64,000 nt of DNA from contig JBLYPV010000001.1 in the NCBI GenBank assembly GCA_048538215.1, positions 397,499-461,498 of the forward strand, given 5' to 3'. Each line of letters opens with the position of its first letter. Position 1 is the stretch's first letter. The notes under the pieces are model-generated. The model did not search any database. It was not told the origin of the DNA and saw only the letters and a list, made by a program, of their open reading frames with translations. The translations under genes and the position numbers were made by a program. Shown here piece by piece: positions 25,875 through 34,708 of this stretch. This DNA comes from Patescibacteria group bacterium. GTDB lineage: Bacteria; Patescibacteriota; Minisyncoccia; Phycocordibacterales; GCA-2747955.

Positions 25875-25957
25875 AAATAAAAATCCCGCTAGGGATTTTT
25901 ATTTGGGGTGATGAAAAGCAGCATTGATGCTGCTTTGTCAGGACTTGCATGTTAATA

Positions 25958-26290
25958 CTATTGACCTAGCTCTAAATCCCAAACATAGGGAGTGACTCTC
26001 GTGCTACGAACAAACTGATCAATCTCTGACTGGGCGACCACTCCCCGAGAACGAAGAGCGACGAGTAACTGATAGATAATATGCTCAGTGACAACATTGG
26101 CGAATAGCGCCTCAGGTAAATATACTGATGAGCCATCGACTACAATGAATGCTTTGTCAGTAACACCCAACTCTTCTATCGCCTGTATGCACATGCTGTA
26201 TAGCTGTGTATCAAAAGCCTTGAGAAAAACCAAACACCCCTGGATGATTTGCTGGTATTGAGTATTGTCAGTGTGTATTTGCATAATCAT
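25958..26290 (-). CDS. hypothetical protein (110 aa), overlaps upstream HExxH gene by 23 nt
   Basis: Likely translationally coupled to 26268-26819. Two downstream hairpins (25868-25895, 25910-25935). Confidence 0.5.
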   Translation of the reverse strand: MIMQIHTDNTQYQQIIQGCLVFLKAFDTQLYSMCIQAIEELGVTDKAFIVVDGSSVYLPEALFANVVTEHIIYQLLVALRSRGVVAQSEIDQFVRSTRVTPYVWDLELGQ

Positions 26291-26819
26291 TAAAATATTG
26301 CTCTTTGAGCTGTGTATGACGACTCATATCGACCTCTTGCTCGAGGAGCGACTCACTACTCGCCTTGTCTGTACTTTCTACTTGTTGCAGAAAATCTATA
26401 AAAGATACTTTGCGACTCGCTATGTAATCTCGAAAGTAGTATGCACCCACTGTCTCGAGAAAAGCTATTTCATTATTGTAAGCACGTTCTTCGGCAAGTA
26501 TCTGGTCGCGATACTCTTCTGGATTTTCTTGGTAGTGTGCCAAGTGCGTAGCTTCGTGGATAAGACTCGCGGCCAGATAGCTCAGCGTGGTGGTATCGGC
26601 AATAAGCTGTACGATGGTATTACTATCTACAAAGGCTGCTCCACCTGCTCCGCCTGCCGATTCTTCACCTACGACGATATGCTCGGCGGCCCCGAGAATT
26701 TTTGAATATTTGCTATCAAGCTTTTCGGCGAGCTCAAGTGCACACACTACAAAATCTAAATCATCTTCGCGAGTGGCTGCGATGTGCATATGTTTATACT
26801 CTGCTTGATACAACTTCAT
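26268..26819 (-). CDS. putative HExxH zinc-metallopeptidase-like protein
   Basis: LIHEATHLAHY motif with a downstream Glu (EERAY) as a possible third ligand, gluzincin-like. Family otherwise unrecognised. Confidence 0.5.
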   Translation of the reverse strand: MKLYQAEYKHMHIAATREDDLDFVVCALELAEKLDSKYSKILGAAEHIVVGEESAGGAGGAAFVDSNTIVQLIADTTTLSYLAASLIHEATHLAHYQENPEEYRDQILAEERAYNNEIAFLETVGAYYFRDYIASRKVSFIDFLQQVESTDKASSESLLEQEVDMSRHTQLKEQYFNDYANTH

Positions 26820-26883
26820 GAATGTATTGTACTACAAGAGGGCACAACTTTCGCTGTGCCCTCGATTTTCTCGATTCGACCTC

Positions 26884-26967
26884 TTATTGACCCGGCCGAG
26901 GGCCATTGGGGTTGCCCGGCACATTGGGTGCCGATTGGCCCGGATAAGGACCCGGTTTGTCGCCCAT
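26884..26967 (-). CDS. candidate 27-aa Pro/Gly-rich small ORF
   Basis: My translation is MGDKPGPYPGQSAPNVPGNPNGPRPGQ. SD GGAGGTG 7 nt upstream, terminator hairpin GAGGGCACA...TGTGCCCTC downstream, GC-rich patch. Confidence 0.3.
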   Translation of the reverse strand: MGDKPGPYPGQSAPNVPGNPNGPRPGQ

Positions 26968-27484
26968 AAAAATCACCTCCTTCCTATTGATGAATAGGAT
27001 AGCTAATCTAGTAAAAATTGTCAATCATATAATCTGCTCTGATAAAGAGTGTAGATTCAAGCTATTCTTTTGATTTTCTTGTCGATTTCGTAGCAAATGA
27101 GGGTGAGGTTGTGCTGTTCTATGGGAATAGAGTTCCATGTAGAAACATCTCGCCCACCGCACATACAAAACAACGCGATGCGTTGTTTTTGTATTATATG
27201 CGACAGGCGATGGAGAAAGTATAACGATATGAGCTTTATACTAGTGCCAAGTACTGCATTGCTCACCAGATACATAAAAGTAAAATAAGAACCTTGTTTT
27301 GATTTGTACAATATAGGCATGGAAAATAATATTGCTTTTATAGATGGACTAAATAAAATGGAAATGAAAAAGGGCATTACTAGCACAGAAACTAATAAGG
27401 CCCTTTTTTCGTCTTACTACAGATACTAGTATACTTGTACTTAATAAAAAATAAATTCTTTGTTATTTGGGTAATTAGGGGTGT

Positions 27485-28240
27485 TTATTGGGGGCAATTT
27501 TTGGCGGGGCGGTAGCCAGCGGAGAGTGCTTCCTCTACGGTACAGAAATATCTATCTCCATCACTCCAGCGAAGGTATACGCGGGTGTAAGCATAGCAAT
27601 CGGGAGTGTAATATATATCACTTGAAGTGCCATAATCATTATTGCCCTTGATAAGACAATCCTCACGAAAAGGCTCGATATAATCATCATCTTTGGTACA
27701 AGCAGAGTGCCAGCCATAGCCATCTGATTTTGCCATACCCATCGAATTGTTGAGCAGGCGCTCATAGCGACGATCTGCCCCACGATTATTAGAAATTGCA
27801 TAGCCCTCTCTCACCATATAATTATTAACAAAAATATTATCTTTTTCGGCATCAGGATTATAAAGGAAGACATAGCGTAAGAGCCGATCGAATTCGTCTA
27901 TCGCGGTGGAATCTTTTTGAAGCATTACCTCGCGCCCCAAGACAAGAGATGAGAGCGCCTGAGCAGATTCTGCTCCGTAGCACTGACCAAGCTCTGGAGC
28001 ATTTATGCCCAAGAGGCGTACTTTGGCTCCATCATCAAGCTCGATAGTGTCGCCATCGAGTACGCGGGAGACCACATATAGATCTGTCTCATACTCATCG
28101 CCCAAGTGGCCACCCGTGGGCTCTTGGCGGGTGACATAGTAGCCCCCATAGCCACCCGCGGCGGCCACAAAAGCTAAGACTGCATACATTACACTACGAG
28201 TATAGGGAGCACGGCTACCAATACTTTTTTTGGCTGTCAT
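27485..28240 (-). CDS. membrane-anchored thermonuclease (SNase-like) with C-terminal Excalibur-like Ca-binding/Cys domain
   Basis: V.DGDTIELDDGAKVRLLGINAPE SNase motif; C-terminal DGDRYFC..EEA resembles the Excalibur DxDxDGxxCE motif. Confidence 0.8.
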   Translation of the reverse strand: MTAKKSIGSRAPYTRSVMYAVLAFVAAAGGYGGYYVTRQEPTGGHLGDEYETDLYVVSRVLDGDTIELDDGAKVRLLGINAPELGQCYGAESAQALSSLVLGREVMLQKDSTAIDEFDRLLRYVFLYNPDAEKDNIFVNNYMVREGYAISNNRGADRRYERLLNNSMGMAKSDGYGWHSACTKDDDYIEPFREDCLIKGNNDYGTSSDIYYTPDCYAYTRVYLRWSDGDRYFCTVEEALSAGYRPAKNCPQ

Positions 28241-28337
28241 AAAATAATTTTAGCATAGAGCAGAGTGAGATTGCAGTCATAAAACAACAAGCAGAAGTGG
28301 TGGCTTCTGCTTGTTGGCTTGAGAGATTTATGGAGAT

Positions 28338-28748
28338 TTATCTACGAAGCCCTGCCTCGAGAATAGGAAGCGATGCCTCGGTGGGCACATAGATTACATT
28401 ATTTGAGCCTGCTACACGATCAATCCATAAGTAGCGTAGGTATTCTTCATTGCCCTTGAGAGAGCCAGCGATAATCTCATTGGCTTCTTTTACTCCCTTT
28501 GCTCGCTCTACTTCTGCTTGGGCATCAAGCAGAGCGCTTTCCTTGCGTGCTTGTGCCTCTTGCACAGCTATTTGTCTATTCCACTCTGCCTCCTTGAGCT
28601 GAGCCTTACCAGCTAATTCCTTGCTCCAAACATTATACAGAGGAAGGATAAACATCAAAGCTGCAATGGTGCTCACGGTAACAATCGCTACGAGCCACCA
28701 TCGTACTTCTATTTGTTCGCTATTTTTTTGTGTGAAATATAAGCTCAT
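28338..28748 (-). CDS. membrane-anchored coiled-coil protein (SPFH/prohibitin C-terminal-like)
   Basis: One TM helix, then an A/E/Q-rich helix and an ...NVIYVPTEASLPIL tail. Confidence 0.4.
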   Translation of the reverse strand: MSLYFTQKNSEQIEVRWWLVAIVTVSTIAALMFILPLYNVWSKELAGKAQLKEAEWNRQIAVQEAQARKESALLDAQAEVERAKGVKEANEIIAGSLKGNEEYLRYLWIDRVAGSNNVIYVPTEASLPILEAGLRR

Positions 28749-28894
28749 ATTGATTTAGTAACTGCTAGTATAGCTTGATTATAGCACAAAAGATTGTTTA
28801 CTATCACTCATAATGCCAAGAATTTGACAAAGAATATTTACCGACTATAATGCGCGAGTCGCAACCCCACATATTACCTGAAAGGAGGTGGAAT

Positions 28895-29365
28895 ATGCGA
28901 TTTTTGATCTTTTATGGGCTCTTATGGTGGCTCTTTTCGCCTATCGTACTCTATGCAGAAACGCCTGGTATCCAAAGCTTTGCTCGCACTCATGCTCCGG
29001 CATACGCGCAAGCAGAAATCCAGCGATTCTACAGAGAGTCGGATAGCTTTACCAAGAAATTCATCCGCGAGAACTGGCCACGCGCTCAATCAGAAATGGA
29101 CACAGCTGGGATACCAAAGAAAGACCAGGTGGCTCTTTTTCGAATTGTGATGAAAGAAAGCACCTGGAACCACACGGCTCAAAATCCAGACTCGAGCGCC
29201 TATGGCTACTGCGGTACTATGCTCTCTGCTCACCGCAAAACACTCACGGCTGATTTCAAAACTAATCCTATAGCGCAACTGCTCTGGTGCCACTCGTATG
29301 CGATGAATCGCTATCATGGCTACCGGGCAGCGCTTCTGCACCACCAACGCAAGAATTGGTGGTAA
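28895..29365 (+). CDS. secreted lysozyme-like/lytic transglycosylase (SLT)-like protein
   Basis: Strong SD AAAGGAGG, signal peptide, motif VMKESTWNHTAQNPDSSAYGYCGTM resembling the SLT E-S...S-A-x-G...G-L-M-Q. Confidence 0.45.
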   Translation: MRFLIFYGLLWWLFSPIVLYAETPGIQSFARTHAPAYAQAEIQRFYRESDSFTKKFIRENWPRAQSEMDTAGIPKKDQVALFRIVMKESTWNHTAQNPDSSAYGYCGTMLSAHRKTLTADFKTNPIAQLLWCHSYAMNRYHGYRAALLHHQRKNWW

Positions 29366-29537
29366 GCAAAAAACATAGAGAAGTATGCGTATGGAAACAG
29401 AGCATACCAACAGGGCCAAGCCTCGGGATTACAACCGAGGCTTTATTTTTTTAATACAAAATCGCCCCGCAAAAGCTTGCGAAGCGACTGTGGTGCGCGT
29501 AGTGCTGATTTTCTGCTCAGGACTTGGCTTGTGATGA

Positions 29538-30383
29538 TTACACATCGGCACGAGCACGTGCTTCAAGATAGCTATCTACCGATGCTTTGATCTGACTCAA
29601 AGTGAAAGCTTGTGCACTCGGACTAGCACTGACTGAAGTGTTGGCGCTGGTGTGGCTTTGTAAGCTGGCTTCAAGCTCGCTCTTGGCATTCGTATTGCCT
29701 GAAACAAAGATAGACCACCAAGGATTGGAGACAATAGCGCGTATCTCTGTATCACTAGACGCTGTGTCGGCTTTTATTTTGGCGGTGCGATTGATGCCTA
29801 CATTGATAAAGCCAAAAAGCTTGCCCGAATCTCTAAAGCTAATCGCTACCTCATCATTGGATGCCTCTATTGCCTGGATGCGAACATCGCTTCGTGCCAA
29901 GCTATTAGCATATAGTGCTAAGTCCTCACTCGAATCAACTTCCGCTACTTGATCCACACTCTCTTGAGCATTTGAATCTATAGTAACGAGCTCGCCATCA
30001 ATACGAATAATTGCACTGGTATCACTCTGGGTGCGCGTATTGGCACTTTGTATATTCGCTATGGCTTCTACATCGAGACGGGGCTCTCCTTGGGCTTGTA
30101 TTTCTGCCTGTGCTCCTACTTGGGCACGAGCCGGCAAGACCTGCACCTCGAGTGGGCCAGATGCTTCGACCTCTACTGTAGGAAGACTAGCATTTTGATT
30201 GCTTGCTCTCGTATTGCTTACTGCTCTATTTTCTGTATGAGCTTGGGCTTCTCTATTTGCTTGATTCTCTTGGTCTCTCGAGGACAAGCTGAGATCAGCA
30301 TTCATAGAGGCTCCTACTTGTGCAAAAGCAGGGAGCGCTAAGGCCAAGAAAGCTACATATAGACTGCGGGTAATGTGTTTCAT
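29538..30383 (-). CDS. hypothetical secreted protein, low-complexity A/Q/S/N-rich
   Basis: Signal peptide MKHITRSLYVAFLALALPAFAQ; no family recognised. Confidence 0.5.
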   Translation of the reverse strand: MKHITRSLYVAFLALALPAFAQVGASMNADLSLSSRDQENQANREAQAHTENRAVSNTRASNQNASLPTVEVEASGPLEVQVLPARAQVGAQAEIQAQGEPRLDVEAIANIQSANTRTQSDTSAIIRIDGELVTIDSNAQESVDQVAEVDSSEDLALYANSLARSDVRIQAIEASNDEVAISFRDSGKLFGFINVGINRTAKIKADTASSDTEIRAIVSNPWWSIFVSGNTNAKSELEASLQSHTSANTSVSASPSAQAFTLSQIKASVDSYLEARARADV

Positions 30384-30526
30384 AGTATTGTTTGTTATAT
30401 CTGCCGTGCGCTCTGGGCTAATTGATAGTAAATTAATCATTTATAATATACGCACGACTCTTATATTATAAACACAGGGAACATATTGTCGCAAATAAGC
30501 TATCGACATAGATTGCTCATCCCAGG

Positions 30527-31531
30527 CTACACTACCCTGCGGACATCATCCTCTTTTGCTTGCTTGTCTAGGAGACTTTGGATTGATTCGACGGTGGCTT
30601 GGTAGATACGCTCGAGGGCTTCTTTGGTATTGAAGGCATTATGGGGGGTCACCAGGACTCGGGGATCGGCAATAAGCTCTTGATTAAGTGTGGCCATCTT
30701 GCCCGGCTCTCCCGACTCGAGGGCGTATTCATCTTCGAGCACATCAAGCGCTACTTGGGCAAGTATTCCCTTGTCGAGAGCCTCCTTGAGAGCAAAGCTG
30801 TCTACTACCTCGCCTCGAGAGGTATTGATAAATATACTCTGCGGATTCATTGCTTGAAAAATCTCTTGATTGATGAGGTGATGGGTGTGCTTGTTGTAAG
30901 GGAGGTGGATGGTGATGATATCACTCGATCGCACTGCCTCTGCTACTGACGATGCCCAGGTGAGATGGTACTCGTCTTCGAGTGCTCTATCTGGGTATAA
31001 ATCATAGGCAAAAATCTTCATTCCAAAAGCATTTGCTCGATGGATAACATTGTGCCCAATCTTGCCTACCCCGATGACGGCAATGCTTTTACCTGCTAAA
31101 TCAAAGCCCTGCAATTCTTTACTCCCTCGCCGAGAAAAATTGCCATCTGCTTGCACCGCTTGCTCTCCTTCAGGAATCCGACGAGCAAGCGCAAGCAGGA
31201 GCGCCCAGGTGTACTCGGCTACGGTGATTGCCCCGTAGGCAGGCACATTGTAGACTGCTATCCCCTGCTTTTTGCAGTATTCAATATCTATATGGTCATA
31301 GCCAGTGGATTGGGTGGCAATGGCTCGAAGATTGGGAAAAAGGGCGATAGTATCACTCGTCCATTCCGAATCAGTAAATGAAGATACAATCTCAATAGAT
31401 GCTCTATCAATAATCTCGCTGGGATCATATTCTTGGATTTCTTTTTCGTACCAATCAATGTCTTGTAGCCTTGAATCGAGATAAGCTCGCATTTCTTGAT
31501 TACTGGCTGAAAATATAGCAATGGTGCTCAT
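30527..31531 (-). CDS. D-isomer-specific 2-hydroxyacid dehydrogenase (D-lactate/hydroxypyruvate reductase family)
   Basis: NAD-binding GKSIAVIGVGKIGHNV, catalytic R/E/H positions (NTSRGEVVD ... HNAF). Confidence 0.85.
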   Translation of the reverse strand: MSTIAIFSASNQEMRAYLDSRLQDIDWYEKEIQEYDPSEIIDRASIEIVSSFTDSEWTSDTIALFPNLRAIATQSTGYDHIDIEYCKKQGIAVYNVPAYGAITVAEYTWALLLALARRIPEGEQAVQADGNFSRRGSKELQGFDLAGKSIAVIGVGKIGHNVIHRANAFGMKIFAYDLYPDRALEDEYHLTWASSVAEAVRSSDIITIHLPYNKHTHHLINQEIFQAMNPQSIFINTSRGEVVDSFALKEALDKGILAQVALDVLEDEYALESGEPGKMATLNQELIADPRVLVTPHNAFNTKEALERIYQATVESIQSLLDKQAKEDDVRRVV

Positions 31532-31626
31532 AATAGTATTGTATATAAGAGTGATGAAAATAAAAGTGCCTTCTTCGGTGCCTTTCCCTACTCTACCATA
31601 GGATGGACCCGCTCGGGCGAATAGAT

Positions 31627-32595
31627 CTATGAGGGGCTGGTATCTTTGGACTCACTATCGCTTGACTCTACAACTTGCGAATCAGATGCGGGTGATGGAG
31701 AGCTTTCGTGTAGATCTACTGATCTTTTTTCAAACCAACGACCAAAAGCGCCTGATGAGTGCGGATCATCTTGGGCTTTGTCTCTCTGCTTGTCTGCCTT
31801 ATAATCGCTGGGTGATGGGGTAGCTTTCTGAGATCTAAAGGTGGTGTGTGATAAGACGGGGGTGTCGCTCGGAGTATACTCACCATGTATCATAGTGTAA
31901 GCATTGGCAAGGGAAAGCGCATAAATAAAAGAATCTTCGTGGAGAATAGGTGGAATATACTGATGCAGATCGCACACATTGCGCCATATGCGCGCTGGGC
32001 GAGTAGGCACAAAGCATGCTTCTAATTCATCGGCTGTCGCTTCGGCAGATTCTGGGAGTGATCCTACGATACGATAGACACCATCTTCGGTGTGATCCTC
32101 AATGTATTCTCTCACGCTCTCGATGGCATAGACTGGTAGTGGATAGGGATAGCTCTCGTGCTCGCGCCCCCGATGCATTAGCACGACTAGATCGGGTAAT
32201 TGAAAATAAAGGAGCGGGACAGCGCTACCATCGGTGTCTTTGGTGAGCGTATCGAGGGCACGGGCACGCGCTAAGGTGATGACTTCGCGAAAGCCTCCCA
32301 CCTCGAAAACTTCACGCCAGCGTGCATCAATGGTGGCATCCCCCCATGAGCTAAAGGCGATGCGGTGAACCCCCGTTTTCTCCTGTAGATTGCGGACTGA
32401 TTGAGCAACTTGGGTAAATTCGATAATTTCTCCTGCCTTGACTGCATCATAGGCGATTGCCTGCTCACCCCAGGTGCCTACCCTATAATAGTGATTCGTT
32501 TTGTAGGGAGCGAGCACTATAAAACGCATAGTGGTGTCGCTCATTTCTATACCCACTACAGACTCTTTGGGAATACGCCTATGAGATCTCTTCAT
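31627..32595 (-). CDS. hypothetical protein with disordered S/D/P-rich C-terminus
   Basis: Start uncertain (internal MRFIVL...). No family assigned. Confidence 0.45.
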   Translation of the reverse strand: MKRSHRRIPKESVVGIEMSDTTMRFIVLAPYKTNHYYRVGTWGEQAIAYDAVKAGEIIEFTQVAQSVRNLQEKTGVHRIAFSSWGDATIDARWREVFEVGGFREVITLARARALDTLTKDTDGSAVPLLYFQLPDLVVLMHRGREHESYPYPLPVYAIESVREYIEDHTEDGVYRIVGSLPESAEATADELEACFVPTRPARIWRNVCDLHQYIPPILHEDSFIYALSLANAYTMIHGEYTPSDTPVLSHTTFRSQKATPSPSDYKADKQRDKAQDDPHSSGAFGRWFEKRSVDLHESSPSPASDSQVVESSDSESKDTSPS

Positions 32596-32604
32596 ACTCT
32601 TATC

Positions 32605-33246
32605 TTACACAAGGAAGAGATACAAGACAATGAAGACAACGAGGACAAGTGAGATGAGATTGGCGTGGGTAAAGTAGTATTCGACCATATCTTTTCCAAA
32701 GCGGGATGCTCCATAAGCAAATATACCAAAGCGTACGCACTTGCCCATAAATATCCCGATGGTCATTGGAATCAGGGCCCCACCCAAAAGCCCTACGGTG
32801 ACAGAGAAGGCGGTCGCGGGCATAGGGAAAAATGAGGTGATACCAGCTGAAGCTCCGAGCAAGATAAGATTGTTGGTGATAGTGTAATTTATCCCTTCGG
32901 CCAATTCACTACCAATCAATCCAGAGAGCCAGGAGATAGCATCGATACCAAAAAGAGAGACGATTAGACCTAAAGTAAAATATCCTACGGAGGCAAAGAA
33001 GGAGACCACGATAGTGTGATACCACCAAGAAGCAGTAGGATGGCGAAGCATATACATAGCAACTACCGCCTCGGTAGGAAGAACGACTAAAAATGCATCG
33101 ATGAGCCCCGTGATAGGCAATATCAGCCACTTGAATCGGCCTGTAAGGGTGCCATCGAGCCAGGCGTAAAAGCGGGTCTTTTGAAAATCTTCAAAGGCCT
33201 TTTGAATTTCTGATTTTTCTTTGTGGATGTTTGCTTCTTTGTGCAT
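32605..33246 (-). CDS. polytopic membrane protein, possibly DedA/TVP38 family
   Basis: 5-6 TM helices. Start moved to the internal ATG to avoid overlap with 33251-33784. Confidence 0.4.
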   Translation of the reverse strand: MHKEANIHKEKSEIQKAFEDFQKTRFYAWLDGTLTGRFKWLILPITGLIDAFLVVLPTEAVVAMYMLRHPTASWWYHTIVVSFFASVGYFTLGLIVSLFGIDAISWLSGLIGSELAEGINYTITNNLILLGASAGITSFFPMPATAFSVTVGLLGGALIPMTIGIFMGKCVRFGIFAYGASRFGKDMVEYYFTHANLISLVLVVFIVLYLFLV

Positions 33247-33250
33247 AGAG

Positions 33251-33784
33251 CTAGCTTGCGCGGGTGCCGGGAGTGATGTAGGTATCTGGCTCGAGAATAG
33301 AGAAACTCTCATCATCATTGACGGCAAAAATCATTCCATCTGATTCATAGCCGAATATCTTCTTGGATTCTAGATTGGTGACAAACATAGCTTGACGCTT
33401 GACTAAAGATTGCGGATCTTTGAAATAGGGAGCAATACCTGAAATGATCTGCCGTGGCTTTTCCTCGCCTACATCGACCATAAGGCGGAGTAGCTTGTCT
33501 GATTTTTCAATTGGGTCTACAGAAAGAATAGTGCCTACTCGAATTTCGCTACGCAAGAAGGTGTCGAAATCTATCTTGTCAAGAAAAGCTTCGCGTGCTT
33601 CTTCGAGCGCTTCGCTTGTGTGAGTATAGACATTTTCTACATAGCTACGCCCACTTGCTACTACTTCGCCTGCATATTCACGAGCGGTATCTTGCCATTT
33701 TTCTCCTTGCTCTTGTATCTCTTCTCTTAGTTCCTGCGCCTCTTTGCTCTTGAATATATTTTTGATGGATTGGATGATGCTCAT
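33251..33784 (-). CDS. tRNA-binding domain protein (CsaA/Myf/EMAP-like)
   Basis: EIRVGTILSVDPIEKSDKLLRLMVDVGEE.PRQIISGIAPYF....LVKRQAMFVTNLESKKIFGYESDGMIFAV matches the OB-fold tRNA-binding consensus. Confidence 0.75.
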   Translation of the reverse strand: MSIIQSIKNIFKSKEAQELREEIQEQGEKWQDTAREYAGEVVASGRSYVENVYTHTSEALEEAREAFLDKIDFDTFLRSEIRVGTILSVDPIEKSDKLLRLMVDVGEEKPRQIISGIAPYFKDPQSLVKRQAMFVTNLESKKIFGYESDGMIFAVNDDESFSILEPDTYITPGTRAS

Positions 33785-33935
33785 ACAATGATGTAAAAAT
33801 TAAAACATAATAACATTTGGATTATAGCATGAGTGGCTCTATTCGCTCTAGTGGATTTGTGTAGTGAGGGGGCTTGGGGTGGGGGGCGCGCCGAAGGCGC
33901 GCCCCCCTCCAAAAAGCTATTATTAAAACAAAGCG

Positions 33936-34367
33936 CTATTTGGATGAATCAAGGTATGACTGGAGAATAATGGCTGCTGCCTTGTCATCAATGCGCTCTT
34001 CACCTTTACCCTTTTGCCTCCGCTTGATATTGCGTGGGTTTTCACGCAGTGCTTTGCTCGTACCCCACTTTGCCTGACGAGAGGAGAATTGCTCGTTGTA
34101 TTGAATAATTGGAATACTAAGGAGCTTCTCTACTTCTTTTATAAAACTATCAATCTCTGATTGGATAAGATTATCTGTACCATCAAGGCCAAGCGACTTG
34201 CCAATAATAATTGCTTGGATTGCTTCTTTTTGTACGATATTGGCAATACAAGTGGGCGCCTCTTTTGAGGCAGGGATAATTTGATAAGGCATTGCCACCC
34301 TACCAGCACTATCTGATAGAGCGAGACCTATATGCTTGCTCCCATAATCAATGCCGAGGTATTTCAT
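33936..34367 (-). CDS. ruvX: Holliday-junction resolvase-like RNase YqgF/RuvX
   Basis: N-terminal LGIDYGSKHIGLALSD motif, about 140 aa. Confidence 0.85.
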   Translation of the reverse strand: MKYLGIDYGSKHIGLALSDSAGRVAMPYQIIPASKEAPTCIANIVQKEAIQAIIIGKSLGLDGTDNLIQSEIDSFIKEVEKLLSIPIIQYNEQFSSRQAKWGTSKALRENPRNIKRRQKGKGEERIDDKAAAIILQSYLDSSK

Positions 34368-34368
34368 C

Positions 34369-34590
34369 TTATTTTGATTTAATACTGCGAGCTACTGTAA
34401 TAATCAAAGCAAGCCCGAGAAGCCCGAGCCCCATAACGAGAAGCCCGAGTGCCTCATACGAATAGGGAGTATTGGATTGCAAAGCCATCGGAGAAAGACC
34501 TGGAGTGCCCTCGCTTAACTCTAATTGCTGTGCAAATGATGCATCACTCGGCTCAGCAAACTGTACTTGGGCTCGTATATCTCGATTCAT
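34369..34590 (-). CDS. small tail-anchored membrane protein (about 73 aa)
   Basis: C-terminal TM helix. The upstream part of the ORF-track translation lies in a GC-rich hairpin (34629-34672). Confidence 0.35.
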   Translation of the reverse strand: MNRDIRAQVQFAEPSDASFAQQLELSEGTPGLSPMALQSNTPYSYEALGLLVMGLGLLGLALIITVARSIKSK

Positions 34591-34708
34591 ATTTGTAGTA
34601 TAACAATAAAATAATAGATTGAGATAGGGGTGAGTGCTGGAGCCGGGGCGAAGCCCCAGCTCCAGCACTCGGAAAAATCACTCAGGTACTTCCTACTTTC
34701 TATAATAA

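Noticed and set aside
27057-27386. 109-aa minus-strand ORF and 63-aa plus-strand ORF in the AT-rich region 27000-27480
   Set aside because: Translations are extremely hydrophobic and AT-biased (FFISILFSPSIKAILF), with no start signals. The region more likely holds only the hairpin or terminator at 27156-27195 and promoters.
31627-32595. Possible PilM/FtsA-like actin-fold ATPase
   Set aside because: There are no ATP-binding motifs (no DxG/phosphate loops) and no neighbouring pilus genes. It is kept as hypothetical.
33878-33907. GC-rich hairpin GGGGGGCGCGCC-GAAG-GCGCGCCCCCC (and similar at 34629-34672) as rho-independent terminators
   Set aside because: Strong stems, but neither is followed by a U-tract on either strand. 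They may be structural or REP-like hairpins and are not annotated as terminators.
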